A DNA stretch of 64,000 nucleotides from an uncultured Acidobacteriota bacterium (GCA_963700145.1 OY969474.1:1312001-1376000); one strand, 5' to 3'. Positions 37,671-48,048 are shown, numbered from the stretch's first letter. The notes: generated by a model from the sequence alone, not told the origin. Program-made: numbers and translations.

Positions 37671-39161
37671 ATGCGGCGGCGGCGCGGACGGCGGGGCGCG
37701 TGGGCGGCCCTCGCGCTGGCGGGCGCGGGGACGCTGGCGGCGCAGCAAGTCCCGACCTTCACCGGCGAGGTGCAGGTGCAGGAGCTGGGACTGGTCTTCG
37801 AGGCGCCGCCGCGGCGGGCGCTGCTCGAGGTGCAATCCTTCGCCCTCGGCGATCTCCTGGTGCAGGAGGACGGGCTGCTGCGCCGGGTGACGCGCGTCGA
37901 CGACGAGGGGGAGACCGCCGGCGGCTGGTCGCTCGTCGTCTGGATCGACCGCACGCTGGCGGGGCCGGAGACGCTCTTCGCCGCGCCGCTGGCGCTGGCC
38001 AAGGAGGCGCGCCGGCTGGCGGCGCTGGGCACCGTCGAGGTGGTCGTCGCTGACCCCGGGCCGCGCACCCTCCTGGCGCCGACGCGCGAGGCGCGGCTCA
38101 TCGAGCAGGTGCTCGCGGACTTCGCCGGCGCAGCGCGCGTCGAGCGCGACCGCAGCGCCGCCGCGGGCCGCCCGCCGCGCGCCCGCGACCTCCCGCCGGC
38201 CGCCGTGCGCCGGCAGTGCGACCGCGTCCTGGCGCGGCTCGCCGGCCGCCGCGACCCCGGGCCCCACGCCCTGCTCTGGGTGGCGGACGGGGGCGACGAG
38301 CCGGCGCTGCGCGAGACCGGGCGCCTCCTCGCCGCCTACCGTTGGGTGGCGCTGCCGCTGCCCTTGCAGCGGATGGAGGTCGACGAGCCGACGCGCCCCT
38401 GGAGCGACACCGAACGGCAGCGCGAGGGCCTCGGCACCGGCGGCAACGACGCCACCGTGCCGCCCGCCAGTCCGCCACTCATGACCTTCCCGTCCCGCCG
38501 CCGCGGCAGCGTCGCCTCGCTGGAGGCGGTCGCCGGCCTCGCCATCGCCCCCGACCTGGCGCCGCTGCGCGCCCTGGTCGAGGAGACCGCCGGGCACATG
38601 GTCGCGGTCGAGGCGCAGCTCGCGCCGGCCCTCGAGGCCCTCGCCAATCGCCGGCAGCTCTGGATCGAGCGCGCCGCTGCGGCGGCGCCCGAGCCGCGGC
38701 TCCACCGCCTGGAAGCCACGACGATCGCCGGCCGGCCGCTGCGCACCTTCCGCTGGAGCCGCAGCGCCACTCCGCCGGCGCTGGCGGAGGCGCGCCTGCG
38801 CGCCCTCCTCGCCGACGGCGCCGGCCACGATCCGCTGCCGGCCGCGCTCGTGCGGTCCTCGCCGCCGCGCCTCGATCTCGACCTCCGCCGCTTCCGCCCG
38901 GCCGTGCCGCCCGCCGGCGCCGAGCCGGGCCGCGCGCCGCGGCTCCTGCGCCTGTCGCTCGCCGTGGCCGCCGGCGACGAGCCGCTGTCCGTCCGCCACG
39001 AGGTCCTCGACGCCGCGGCGCTGGCGCGGAGCGGCTGGCGGCACGCCGTCGCCCTGCCCGGCGCGACGGCGGCGGGCAAGGTGGCGGTGGTCGTCGAGGA
39101 CCTGACGTCCGAGACCTGGGCGGGGACGCTCGCGCACTTCGGCGCGCCGCCGAACGAGTAG
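37671..39161 (+). CDS. Exported hypothetical protein, degenerate VWA-like
   Basis: Signal peptide; TFTGEVQV, VVWID, LWVADG and EETAG resemble the acidobacterial VWA scaffold. Confidence 0.55.
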   Translation: MRRRRGRRGAWAALALAGAGTLAAQQVPTFTGEVQVQELGLVFEAPPRRALLEVQSFALGDLLVQEDGLLRRVTRVDDEGETAGGWSLVVWIDRTLAGPETLFAAPLALAKEARRLAALGTVEVVVADPGPRTLLAPTREARLIEQVLADFAGAARVERDRSAAAGRPPRARDLPPAAVRRQCDRVLARLAGRRDPGPHALLWVADGGDEPALRETGRLLAAYRWVALPLPLQRMEVDEPTRPWSDTERQREGLGTGGNDATVPPASPPLMTFPSRRRGSVASLEAVAGLAIAPDLAPLRALVEETAGHMVAVEAQLAPALEALANRRQLWIERAAAAAPEPRLHRLEATTIAGRPLRTFRWSRSATPPALAEARLRALLADGAGHDPLPAALVRSSPPRLDLDLRRFRPAVPPAGAEPGRAPRLLRLSLAVAAGDEPLSVRHEVLDAAALARSGWRHAVALPGATAAGKVAVVVEDLTSETWAGTLAHFGAPPNE

Positions 39162-39210
39162 AATCGAAGACACGCCAACGCCACGCAGCGCCTTCCCGCC
39201 GCTCCTCCTC

Positions 39211-42200
39211 GTGGCCGCGCTCGCCTGGGCCGGCTCGCGCCTGACCACGCCCGGCGCCGCCCCGCCGCCCGCCGAGCGCGACACCCCCGCAGAGGCCCCG
39301 GAGCCGCCCCCCGCCGCGCCCGCGGCGGCCACGCCGGCGCCGCTCGCCATCGCCGACCAGCTCAACGACCTGCACGCCGAGTTCATCGGGCTCATCCCCC
39401 CGGAGGCGGACTCCCCCGCGCGGGTGCGGGAAGCGCTCAACGGCGCCGGCTACCGGCGCGAGTACCTGATCGTCCTGGTCCCCGACCCGCTCGACTCGAC
39501 GCTGGCCAACAACTTCGACTTCGCCCTCGACGCCCTGCGCCGCGCGTTCGCCGCGCAGGGCTACCTCCCCGACCGCGTCTATCTCCCCTGGCTCGGCGAC
39601 GGCGCCAAGGACAACCGCTACCGCCGCGAGCCGGGGATCCTCCTCTTCCGCCGCGCCGCGGGAGGGGAGCGCCGCCTCGCCACCGTGCTGCTGGTCGGCG
39701 AGCGCCCGAAGACCGGCATCCACGCCCCGGCCTTCACCGCCGCCGTCGAGATGCTGCGCGGCCGTGCGGTGGGGGGCCCGGGACACCCGCTCTTCGTGCT
39801 CGGGCCGTCGTTCTCGGGGTCGGCCGAGTCGCTGCGGCTGGCGCTGCAGCGGCTGCCGGACCTCGACGTCGAGGTCGTCACCGGCACCGCCACCGCCGAC
39901 GGCCTCGAGGAGACGCTCGAGATCGCGCACGCCGACGCGGGGCCGACCCCGTACGGCGCCGCCGCCAAGCGGATCTCCTTCTGCCGCACCGTCCTGCCGG
40001 ACTCGGTCCTCCAGGAGGAGGCGCAGAGCTTCTTCGAGGAGTCGCTGGGCTGGAACCTGGGCCGCATCGCCCTGCTCGTCGAGGAGGACACCGCCTACGG
40101 CGGCGAGGCGGCGGAGGCGGGCCGCGGCTCGAAGCCGCTCGTGGTCCGCTTCCCGAGCGGCCTCACCGAGGTGCGCAAGCTCTGGGAGACCCACCGGCCG
40201 CAGGCGGAGTCGGCGCCGGCGCCCGCCCTGCCGGGCGTGGCGACGGAGGAGGCGGCGTCCGAGCTGAGCCTCGCCGACCCCGCCGCGCCGGCCGACGTCG
40301 GCTCCGAGTTCGATCCCCTGACGCCGCGCACCAAGGAGCTGATGATCGCCAACCTCCTGGAGAGCATCCCGCGCTACGGCGTGCGCTACGTCGGGATCAT
40401 CGCCACCGACACCCGCGACAAGCTCTACCTGACCGAGCGCATGCGCGGCTTCGCCCCCGGCACCGTGCTCTTCGCCTTCGAGAACCACCTCGTCCAGGCC
40501 CACCCGCGCTTCGTGCGGCCGCTGCGCCCGGTGCTCTTGGTCGGCAACTTCCCGACCACCACCGACTACCGCCCGCGGAGCGAACGGGCGAATGCCACCC
40601 TGCGGCAGTTCGGCAGCGAGTTCCACCAGGGCATCTACCGCGCCGCCGAGCTGCTCGTCGGCCGGCTGCGCGGGCAGCGCGTCGACGTCGGCGAGCCGCG
40701 CGTCTGGATCACGGTCTCGGCGAAGGGGACGATCCTGCCGGTGGCCTCGATCGCCGCCGCCGCCCCGGACGCCCGGCTGTGCACGCCGCCGCCGGGAGCG
40801 GGCGCGGCGCCGACGCCGACGCCCTGCGGCGCCGGCCTGCCGTCGCTCGGCGCCGCGGGGTATCTCATCGCCGCGCTCGCGGTCGGGGCGCTACTGGCGC
40901 TGGGCTTCGTCCTGCGCTGGGCGGTGCCGCCGGGCGCGCCGCGGGCGGCGCCGCTGCTCGAGGCGCTCGGCACCGGAGCGCTCTGGCTGCCCGCCGCGGC
41001 GCTCTTCCTCGTCGCCTTCTACGTCCCCGGCTTCTGGCGCGAGCTCTGCCTGCAGGGCACGCCCTGGCTCGTCGCCGGGCTCTGGGTCGCCGTCCTCGCC
41101 CCGTTCGCCGCCCTCACCGTGCTGCTCTACCGCAGCGTGGCGAGCCTGCCGGCGGCGCCGGGCGCGGGGATGGCCGCCGGCGCGCTCCTGCCGCTCGTCC
41201 TGGCGGCCTTTCTGATCGCGCCGCTCTGGCCGGCGGCGACGGCGGGCGACGACTACCTCACCTTCCTCCACCTCCGCGCCCGCCAGCCGCTCTCCGGGGT
41301 CTCGCCACTGCCGCCGCTCCTCTTCCTGGGCCTCGCCGCCTGGACCTGGGCGCGCCTGGAGATGCAGCGCCTGCGTCAGCGCGCGCGCTTCGAGGTCGAT
41401 TGGCCGATCCACGACGCCAGCGACCCCGCGCTCGCCGGCTGCGGCGAGCTGGTGCGCCGGGTGGAGCGGCGCACGACCGAGCTCCTCCCCCGGTCGCGGC
41501 GCTTCTGGGCGATCACGGCGCTGGCGCTGCTCCTGCCCGTGCTTGCGCTGCTGCGCGCCATCCAGCCGATCGTCGAGCCGCGCCGCTACGGCTGGCTCTT
41601 CTTCCTCCTCGCCCTCGTCCCCTTCCTGCTGGCGTCGATCTCGTTCCTGCGCTTCGTCCGCATCTGGCGCCACCTGGAGCGCCTCCTCGACCGCTTCGAG
41701 CAGAGCGACCTGTGCGCGGCGCTCGCCGGCATCGGCAAGGAGGTGGGGTGGAAGCCGATCAACTCGTTCAGCTGGCGGATGCCGAGCTTCCGCCTGCTGG
41801 TGCTCTCGGCGCGCAAGCTCAAGGCGGTCGAGGCGCACTCGACGGTGGACCTGACCGGCGAGGGGACCGTCGCGCTCGACGCCGTCCTCACCGACTTCTT
41901 CCGCGCCGAGGAGGCCCGGAACCTGAAGCGCGAGCTGGCGGCGCGGCGGAAGCTGCGCAAGGCGTTCGACGCCGCCATCGCGCGCCTCGACCCGGGCACC
42001 GGCGGCGAGGCGGTCACCGCCTTCCTGGCCGTCCAGGTCGTGGCCTACCTGCGCTACGTCTTCCTCCACCTGCGCCAGTCGCTGGTGGCGGCGCTGGGGA
42101 CCTGGCTCTTCCTGCTGGCCGCGGTCTCGAGCTACGCCTTCGAGCCCAAGCGCTGGATGAGCCTCGGCCTCTGGCTGGCGCTCGGCGCGGCCTCGATCCT

Positions 42201-42417
42201 GACCCTGTGGACCTTCGTGCAGATGGACCGCAACGCGATCCTCTCGCGCATCGGCGAGGGGGAGGCGGGGCGCGTCAACTTCAGCCGCCCGTTCGTGGTC
42301 AACGCGCTGACCTACGGGCTGGCGCCGCTGATCGCGGTGGTGCTCTCGATCTTCCCCGAGCTGGGGCGCCACCTGGGGCGCTGGACCGACCCGCTGCTGC
42401 GGCTGGTCGGGGACTGA
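39211..42417 (+). CDS. Large hypothetical membrane protein (soluble N-half, polytopic C-half)
   Basis: 1068-aa ORF; VPDP, LVGE and LGPSFSGS motifs; many TM segments; start uncertain. Confidence 0.7.
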   Translation: MAALAWAGSRLTTPGAAPPPAERDTPAEAPEPPPAAPAAATPAPLAIADQLNDLHAEFIGLIPPEADSPARVREALNGAGYRREYLIVLVPDPLDSTLANNFDFALDALRRAFAAQGYLPDRVYLPWLGDGAKDNRYRREPGILLFRRAAGGERRLATVLLVGERPKTGIHAPAFTAAVEMLRGRAVGGPGHPLFVLGPSFSGSAESLRLALQRLPDLDVEVVTGTATADGLEETLEIAHADAGPTPYGAAAKRISFCRTVLPDSVLQEEAQSFFEESLGWNLGRIALLVEEDTAYGGEAAEAGRGSKPLVVRFPSGLTEVRKLWETHRPQAESAPAPALPGVATEEAASELSLADPAAPADVGSEFDPLTPRTKELMIANLLESIPRYGVRYVGIIATDTRDKLYLTERMRGFAPGTVLFAFENHLVQAHPRFVRPLRPVLLVGNFPTTTDYRPRSERANATLRQFGSEFHQGIYRAAELLVGRLRGQRVDVGEPRVWITVSAKGTILPVASIAAAAPDARLCTPPPGAGAAPTPTPCGAGLPSLGAAGYLIAALAVGALLALGFVLRWAVPPGAPRAAPLLEALGTGALWLPAAALFLVAFYVPGFWRELCLQGTPWLVAGLWVAVLAPFAALTVLLYRSVASLPAAPGAGMAAGALLPLVLAAFLIAPLWPAATAGDDYLTFLHLRARQPLSGVSPLPPLLFLGLAAWTWARLEMQRLRQRARFEVDWPIHDASDPALAGCGELVRRVERRTTELLPRSRRFWAITALALLLPVLALLRAIQPIVEPRRYGWLFFLLALVPFLLASISFLRFVRIWRHLERLLDRFEQSDLCAALAGIGKEVGWKPINSFSWRMPSFRLLVLSARKLKAVEAHSTVDLTGEGTVALDAVLTDFFRAEEARNLKRELAARRKLRKAFDAAIARLDPGTGGEAVTAFLAVQVVAYLRYVFLHLRQSLVAALGTWLFLLAAVSSYAFEPKRWMSLGLWLALGAASILTLWTFVQMDRNAILSRIGEGEAGRVNFSRPFVVNALTYGLAPLIAVVLSIFPELGRHLGRWTDPLLRLVGD

Positions 42418-42429
42418 GAGGCACGGAGC

Positions 42430-43392
42430 GTGCGCGACGCCTTCGTGGCGACCATCGACGTCGAGCCCGGCGACCGGCAGCTCGACCCCGGCGAGCGGCC
42501 GGAGTGGAGCGGCTTCCTCGACTGCTGCCGGCTCTTCGGGCGGCTCCGCGAGCGGTTGCGCCTGCACACCGGCCGGCCGGTCCATTTCAGCTGGTTCCTG
42601 CGCATGGACCCGCAGGTCGCGGCGGTCTACGGCAGCCCGGGCTGGGTGGCGGAGCGCCACGGCGAGGCGCTGCGCGCGCTGGAGCGCGCCGGCGACCTCA
42701 TCGGCCTGCACGTCCACGCCTGGCAGTGGCGGCCGGAGGAGGGCGCGTGGGTGGCGGCGCACGGCGACCCGCGCTGGGTGCGGCGCTGCGTCGCCTTCGG
42801 GGCCGCCGCCTTCGGCGCCGCCCGCCGCCGGCCGCTGCGCGCCTTCCGCTTCGGCGACCGCTGGCTGAGCAACCCGACCGTCGCCCAGCTGGCGCGGCTC
42901 GGCGTGCGCTACGAGCTGACCGTCGAGCCCGGCATGCGGGAGGCCCCGGGCATGGTGCCGAGCGAGCGGAGCACCGGCGCGCTCCCCGATACCCGCGAGG
43001 CGCCGCGGCGGCCCTACCGCCCCTCGCTCGCCGACTACCGGCGGCCGGGGCGCTGGCTGCGGCGCCGCCTCTGGGAGCTGCCGGTGAGCACGGGCTGCGT
43101 CAACGGCCCGGCGCTCCCCGCCCGCTTCGAGCCGCAGCACGACGTGGTGCACCTGAACCTGGGGCTGCGGCCGGAATGGGTGCGCCACCTCCTCGACGGC
43201 CTCCTCGCGGCGCCCGAGCCGATCGTGGTGAGCGTCGCCCGCACGGGCGACGCCGAGTCGCCCGCCGGCCTGGCGAGCCTGGTCGAGAACCTGGAGTACC
43301 TGGCGGCGCACCCGGCGATCGCGGCGCGGGTCTTCGCCACGCCGCCGGAGGCGATCGCTCTCTACCGCGGCCGGCCCGGCCGCGCCGCCTAG
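42430..43392 (+). CDS. Polysaccharide deacetylase-like protein
   Basis: TIDVEP, IGLHVH, AFRFG and LWELPVS motifs. Confidence 0.7.
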   Translation: MRDAFVATIDVEPGDRQLDPGERPEWSGFLDCCRLFGRLRERLRLHTGRPVHFSWFLRMDPQVAAVYGSPGWVAERHGEALRALERAGDLIGLHVHAWQWRPEEGAWVAAHGDPRWVRRCVAFGAAAFGAARRRPLRAFRFGDRWLSNPTVAQLARLGVRYELTVEPGMREAPGMVPSERSTGALPDTREAPRRPYRPSLADYRRPGRWLRRRLWELPVSTGCVNGPALPARFEPQHDVVHLNLGLRPEWVRHLLDGLLAAPEPIVVSVARTGDAESPAGLASLVENLEYLAAHPAIAARVFATPPEAIALYRGRPGRAA

Positions 43393-43429
43393 CTCCGAAG
43401 GGAGGTCGAGCCGCGAGGCGCAGACCTCA

Positions 43430-44029
43430 TTAGAACTCGACCTTCGGCGCCGTCTCGGCCCCCGGCACGGCGGTGAAGTAGGCCTTCTTCTCGAACCCCA
43501 GGAGCCCGGCGAAGAGCCGGGCCGGCAGGCGCAGGACCCTCGTGTTGTAGGCCTGCGCCGCCTCGTTGTAGCGCCGGCGCTCGACGGCGATGCGGTTCTC
43601 CGTGCCTTCGAGCTGGGCCATGAGGTTGGTGAAGTTGGCGACCGAGCGCAGCTCGGGGTAGCGCTCGACGACGACCAGCAGCCGCGACAGGGCCGAGGAG
43701 AGCTGGTCCTGCGCCGCCTGGAACTGGGCGAAGCGCTGCGGGTTGTCGAGGATCTCGGCGGTCGCTCCCGCCGACACCTGCCCGACGCGGCTCCGCGCCT
43801 CGACGACCTGCTGCAGCGTCTCACGCTCGAAAGCGGCCGAGCCCTTCACCGTGGCGACCAGGTTGGGGACCAGGTCGGCACGCCGCTGATAGGCGTTCTC
43901 CACCTGCGCCCAGGACTGCTCCACCTGCTGCTCCGCGCCGACCAGGCTGTTGTAGAGCCCGACGAGATAGAAGCCGGCGATGACGACGGCAACCACGACG
44001 GCGATGAGACAGCCGGTCTTCCCTTTCAT
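43430..44029 (-). CDS. lemA: LemA family protein
   Basis: YQRRADLVPNLV, VERYPEL and LEGTENRIAVERRRYN motifs. Confidence 0.95.
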   Translation of the reverse strand: MKGKTGCLIAVVVAVVIAGFYLVGLYNSLVGAEQQVEQSWAQVENAYQRRADLVPNLVATVKGSAAFERETLQQVVEARSRVGQVSAGATAEILDNPQRFAQFQAAQDQLSSALSRLLVVVERYPELRSVANFTNLMAQLEGTENRIAVERRRYNEAAQAYNTRVLRLPARLFAGLLGFEKKAYFTAVPGAETAPKVEF

Positions 44030-44192
44030 CTGCGTCTCCCCCGAGAAGGGCCCGGCGGTCGTGCCGCCGCAGCGGGGAGGATCATAGCGCCGTGGCGGTG
44101 CCGCGCGGACGGGGCCGGACCCGGCCGGGCCGGCGGCGAAACGGCGCCGCCGAGCCCGTCACGCGCCGATCAGGATGGGGGTGGAGCCCCGG

Positions 44193-44648
44193 TCACGGCT
44201 GCAAAACGCCCCATCTCGGAGATTGGCGGCCCATCTCGGAGATCCGGCGGTCGTTCCTGGTGTCGAGGATCACCCCGCCGTAGTCGGTCGAAACCGGTAC
44301 GTTGTCGCGCTCGGCATAGGGGGCGCGAATCCTCGCCGGCTCCGGATCGGCGAACTCGAAGGCTGCGTAGAGGAAGCGGTCGTCGTAGGCGAGCCAGGCG
44401 ACGTTGGCCACGCCGGGCGGCGTGTTGTCTCCGGGATCGTTCTCGAACCAGGTCTCGACCCTGGCCGCTCCTTGCCAGCCGGGGTCGTCGAGCACGCCGT
44501 CGACCTCGATCGCCCCGGCAGCGCGGCGGATCTCGATCGGCGGACCGCCACGCGCCGGCGGAGTCTCCTGCCCACGGAGGGCACAGGGCAGCAGCGCCAG
44601 GGCGAGGACACCGAAGACGGTTGGCGAGCAGCGGGCAGGCCGGTGCAC
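44193..44648 (-). pseudogene. 5' fragment of a CBM9-like/DUF5916 exported protein
   Basis: IEVDGVLDDPGW..YDDRFLYAAF..ILDTRND, then abrupt loss of similarity at a 14-bp repeat. Confidence 0.7.
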
Positions 44649-44695
44649 GGCGGGGTCCAGCGTTGACGCAAAAAGATGATAACACCGCTTCGCGG

Positions 44696-45058
44696 TTACG
44701 CCTGAGGAGCGCTCAGGAACTCGAGACGGTTGCGCATCTCTTCCGGGGCGAGCTCCCGGCTGAGGCGGAGAATGCGTCGCATCTGCTCACCCACAGAGAA
44801 CCGCTGCTGGGAGGCCAGAATGATTCCCGCGTGGGACCTGCCTTCCGCGAGGAACTGCGTGTGCAGCCGCTGGAAGTCGCCGATGTTGAAGCTGTAGAGA
44901 ACCCGACCTTCAGAAGTGGCGTACTCGAGCTGCTCGCGGTCCGAGCGCCCGACCATGCCGTCGTCCACCGCGTTCGCGACGTCCATGCCTCGGGCCTGGA
45001 GCGCTCTGATCAGCGCCCGGCTCATCGAGTCTTCGTCGAAGTAGAGGCGCAGAGCCAC
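44696..45058 (-). CDS. DUF5615 PIN-like (VapC45-like) toxin
   Basis: LYFDED, SDREQLEYA, GRVLYSFNIGDF and HAGII motifs. Confidence 0.88.
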   Translation of the reverse strand: MALRLYFDEDSMSRALIRALQARGMDVANAVDDGMVGRSDREQLEYATSEGRVLYSFNIGDFQRLHTQFLAEGRSHAGIILASQQRFSVGEQMRRILRLSRELAPEEMRNRLEFLSAPQA

Positions 45059-45061
45059 CGG

Positions 45062-45349
45062 CTATTCAGAGGCGGATGCGCTTCGCTCCAACCGCTCGGC
45101 TTCGGACTCCTCGGCGGCTAGGTACCCTTCGATCTCTTCGCGGTTCGCGTGGTAGTAGGCGAGTGCCGCGTGGACCTGCGCCAGGGAAAGGTGGCCGAAA
45201 TTCTCGGCGATCTCCTCCGGGCCCAGACCGAGCTTGTACCACCCGACGATGCGGTGGACGGAGACACCCGTTCCGCTGAGGATCGGGCGGTCCCCTCGCA
45301 CATCCGGGCGGCGCTCGATGAGGCTTCCGATCTCGGTCGTGGCAGCCAT
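45062..45349 (-). CDS. DUF433 antitoxin-like protein
   Basis: PDVRGDRPILSGTGVSV..LSLAQVHAALAYY. Confidence 0.88.
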   Translation of the reverse strand: MAATTEIGSLIERRPDVRGDRPILSGTGVSVHRIVGWYKLGLGPEEIAENFGHLSLAQVHAALAYYHANREEIEGYLAAEESEAERLERSASASE

Positions 45350-45415
45350 GGCGAACGGAATGGTAGCGCAGTCACCATGTAGAATCGAGGCGCCCACACT
45401 GGAGAATCGAGCCGG

Positions 45416-46589
45416 ATGCCACGCCCCAGGAAGACCGACGGCGGTCGGTCGAAAAGCTCGCGCAAGCCGATCGAGCAGTACGAGCACACGCATGAGACCC
45501 GCCTCAACAATCCGCCCGTCGGGCTGGTGAAGCCCGAGACCGAGCCCGAAGAGAGCAAGAAGAAGTACGAATACGACCCGCACCTCGACCCGCAGCTCGT
45601 CTGGGCCGGGAAGGCCGAGCACACGAGCTTCGAGGTGCCGACGGTGTCGCTGCACGTTCACGAGCGGATCGATCCGAAGACGGTGCTCGAAGCCGTGCGC
45701 AAGCGCAACGGCGAGCCCGGCCCCGAGCAGCTTTCGATGTTCGCGCGCCCGGAGGAGCAGCGGCCGCTGCGCGAGGCGCTGGATTTCTACAAGCACGCGC
45801 ACGGCTGGAGCAACCGAATGGTCGCCGGCGACTCACTGCTGGTGATGAACTCGCTGCTCGAAAAGGAGGGGATGGCGGGCAAGGTGCAGATGATCTACAT
45901 CGACCCGCCTTAAGGCATCCGGTACGGATCAAACTTCCAGCCCTTCGTCAACCGGCGGGACGTGAAGGACGGGAAGGACGAGGACCTGACCCAGGAGCCC
46001 GAGATGATTCGGGCGTTCCGGGATACGTGGGAGCTGGGAATTCACTCGTACTTGGCATACTTACGGGATCGCCTGCTGCTAGCGCGGGCGCTGCTGCACG
46101 AAAGTGGAAGTATCTTTGTACAGATCAACGACGAGAACCTGCACATCGTGCGAAATCTGATGGACGAAGTGTTTGCTCCAAGGAATTTCATAAGCGTGAT
46201 TTCCTTCAGCACCACGTCGGCTCTCGCCGGCAACCTGCTCGGTAGAAGCTGCGATTACCTCGTGTGGTACGGACGCACTGCGGAAAGGGTGAAATACAGG
46301 CGCCTCTTCAAACCGAGAGGCATTGAAGACGACATCGGCCTACGCTTCACTCGTATTGAACTTCTCGAGGGAACTCGACGGCCTATGAGTACTGAGGAAC
46401 GCTCGCGGCCGGATACTCTCCCAGAAGGCTCGCGGATCTACCGCCACGACAATCTGACGTCCGCTGGTGCGGAGACCACGGTCTTCCCAGTGCAATTCGA
46501 CGAACGCACCTATCACCCAGGCGTTGGCCAGCACTGGAAGACGAGCGAAGCAGGAATTGCGCGTCTTATCGCCGCGCGCCGCTTGGCAG
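45416..46589 (+). pseudogene. mod: Type III R-M methyltransferase (Mod), inactivated by a nonsense codon and truncated by IS256
   Basis: DPQLVWAGK, GDSLLVM, KVQMIYIDPP-TAA-GIRYGSNFQ, AFRDTWELGIHSYL and GSIFVQI; frame continues past stop 45911-45913. Confidence 0.88.
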
Positions 46590-48048
46590 GGGGTTGTCCC
46601 TCCCGCTGTTGAAAGAGCAATGAGGTGAAGGCGGCTCCTCGGCCCACCTGATCGAGAATCGGGTTGGTCGAATAACCGGCCCCGCCAGGGGGCCAAGGAG
46701 CCGTGATGAAGACGAGAGCAGAAAGGCGGGTGGTGTGGCAAGGGGGCCGTGCGGCGCGCATCAGCCACGGGCTACAAGCGCTGCTGCGGCCGATGGTCGA
46801 GGGCATCGAGGCCAGCCGCCAGGGGCTGCTGGAGCTGTTTCACGCCGCGGGCGTCGAGGCCCTGGGGCGGCAGCTCGCGGACGAGGTCGAGGCCGTCGTC
46901 GGTCCGAAGCGTCGGCGCAATCCGACCCGCGAGGCGTACCGCTGGGGCTCGACGGCGAGCGAGTTCGTGCTGGGTGGCCGCCAGGTGGCGCTGCCGCGAC
47001 CGCGCGTCCGGCGACGCGACGGTGGCGAGATGAGCTTGCCTTCGGTGCGCGCCTTTCAGGACGAAGATCCCTTCACGGAGCGGGTGATCGAGCAGGCGCT
47101 GGTCGGCGTCTCGCAGCGCCGCTACGGTCGGAGCTTGGAGCCGCTCGCAGAGTCGGTGCCGGAGCGCGCGACGAGCAAGAGTGCGGTCCAGCGCCGGCTG
47201 GTGGCGGGGACGCGTCGTCTGCTGGGCGCGTGGCTGCGCCGAGACCTGTCGGACTTCCAGCCCCTGATCCTGATGATCGACGGGCTGGAGGTGGCCGGCC
47301 ACACCCTGGTGGTGGCACTCGGCATCGCGCGCGACGGGACCAAGCGGGTGCTCGGCCTGCGTGAAGGCGCGACGGAGAACGCGGCGCTCTGTACCGGCCT
47401 GCTCCAGGAGCTGTTGGAGCGAGGCCTCGCGATGCCGCCGCGCTTCTTGGCGGTGCTCGACGGCGGCAAGGGGCTGCGCAAGGCCGTGCGCGCCGTCTTC
47501 GGGGACGCAACCCACGTCCAGCGCTGCCAGCTCCACAAGCGCCGCAACGTCCGCGACCACCTGCCCAAGCAGCTCCAAGCCCGGGTCGACCGCCTGATGG
47601 TCGAGGCCTACCAGAGCGCTCGCTTCGACCTCGCCAAGCGTCGCCTCGAGCAGCTTGCCCGCTGGCTCGAGCACGCAGGCCACGCGGGCGCCGCGGGCAG
47701 CCTGCGCGAGGGCCTCGACGAGACCCTCACCGCCTTGCGGCTGAAGCTGCCCGACGCTCTGCGCCGGTTGCTCGCCTCGACCAACGCGATCGAGAACACG
47801 ATCGGCTCGATCCGTACGACGACGCGCAACGTCAAGCGCTGGCGCGGCGGCGACATGGTGCTGCGCTGGGTCGCCCTGGCGCTGTGTGACGCGGAGGCTG
47901 GCTTCCGGCGTGTCAAGGGACATCGGCACCTCGGGGCTCTCGAGCTCGCGCTCGCGGCGATCGAGGAACCGACGAACACCAAGGCCGTGGCATGATCAAC
48001 CGAGCCGCTTTCCCTCTTTCGGCTTTCAACAGGGAACGGGGCATCCCC
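46590..48048 (+). mobile_element. IS256-family insertion sequence (~1.46 kb), no target duplication
   Basis: 26-bp imperfect IRs GGGGTTGTCCCTCCCGCTGTTGAAAG / GGGGATGCCCCGTTCCCTGTTGAAAG flanking the transposase. Confidence 0.88.
46703..47995 (+). CDS. IS256-family transposase
   Basis: DDE: LMIDG, VLDGGKGL, QRCQLHKRRN and STNAIE. Confidence 0.93.
   Translation: MMKTRAERRVVWQGGRAARISHGLQALLRPMVEGIEASRQGLLELFHAAGVEALGRQLADEVEAVVGPKRRRNPTREAYRWGSTASEFVLGGRQVALPRPRVRRRDGGEMSLPSVRAFQDEDPFTERVIEQALVGVSQRRYGRSLEPLAESVPERATSKSAVQRRLVAGTRRLLGAWLRRDLSDFQPLILMIDGLEVAGHTLVVALGIARDGTKRVLGLREGATENAALCTGLLQELLERGLAMPPRFLAVLDGGKGLRKAVRAVFGDATHVQRCQLHKRRNVRDHLPKQLQARVDRLMVEAYQSARFDLAKRRLEQLARWLEHAGHAGAAGSLREGLDETLTALRLKLPDALRRLLASTNAIENTIGSIRTTTRNVKRWRGGDMVLRWVALALCDAEAGFRRVKGHRHLGALELALAAIEEPTNTKAVA

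Noticed and set aside
45911-45913. Programmed read-through or recoding of the mod stop
   Set aside because: The codon is TAA, other genes in the window end in TAA, and the gene is also truncated by an IS.
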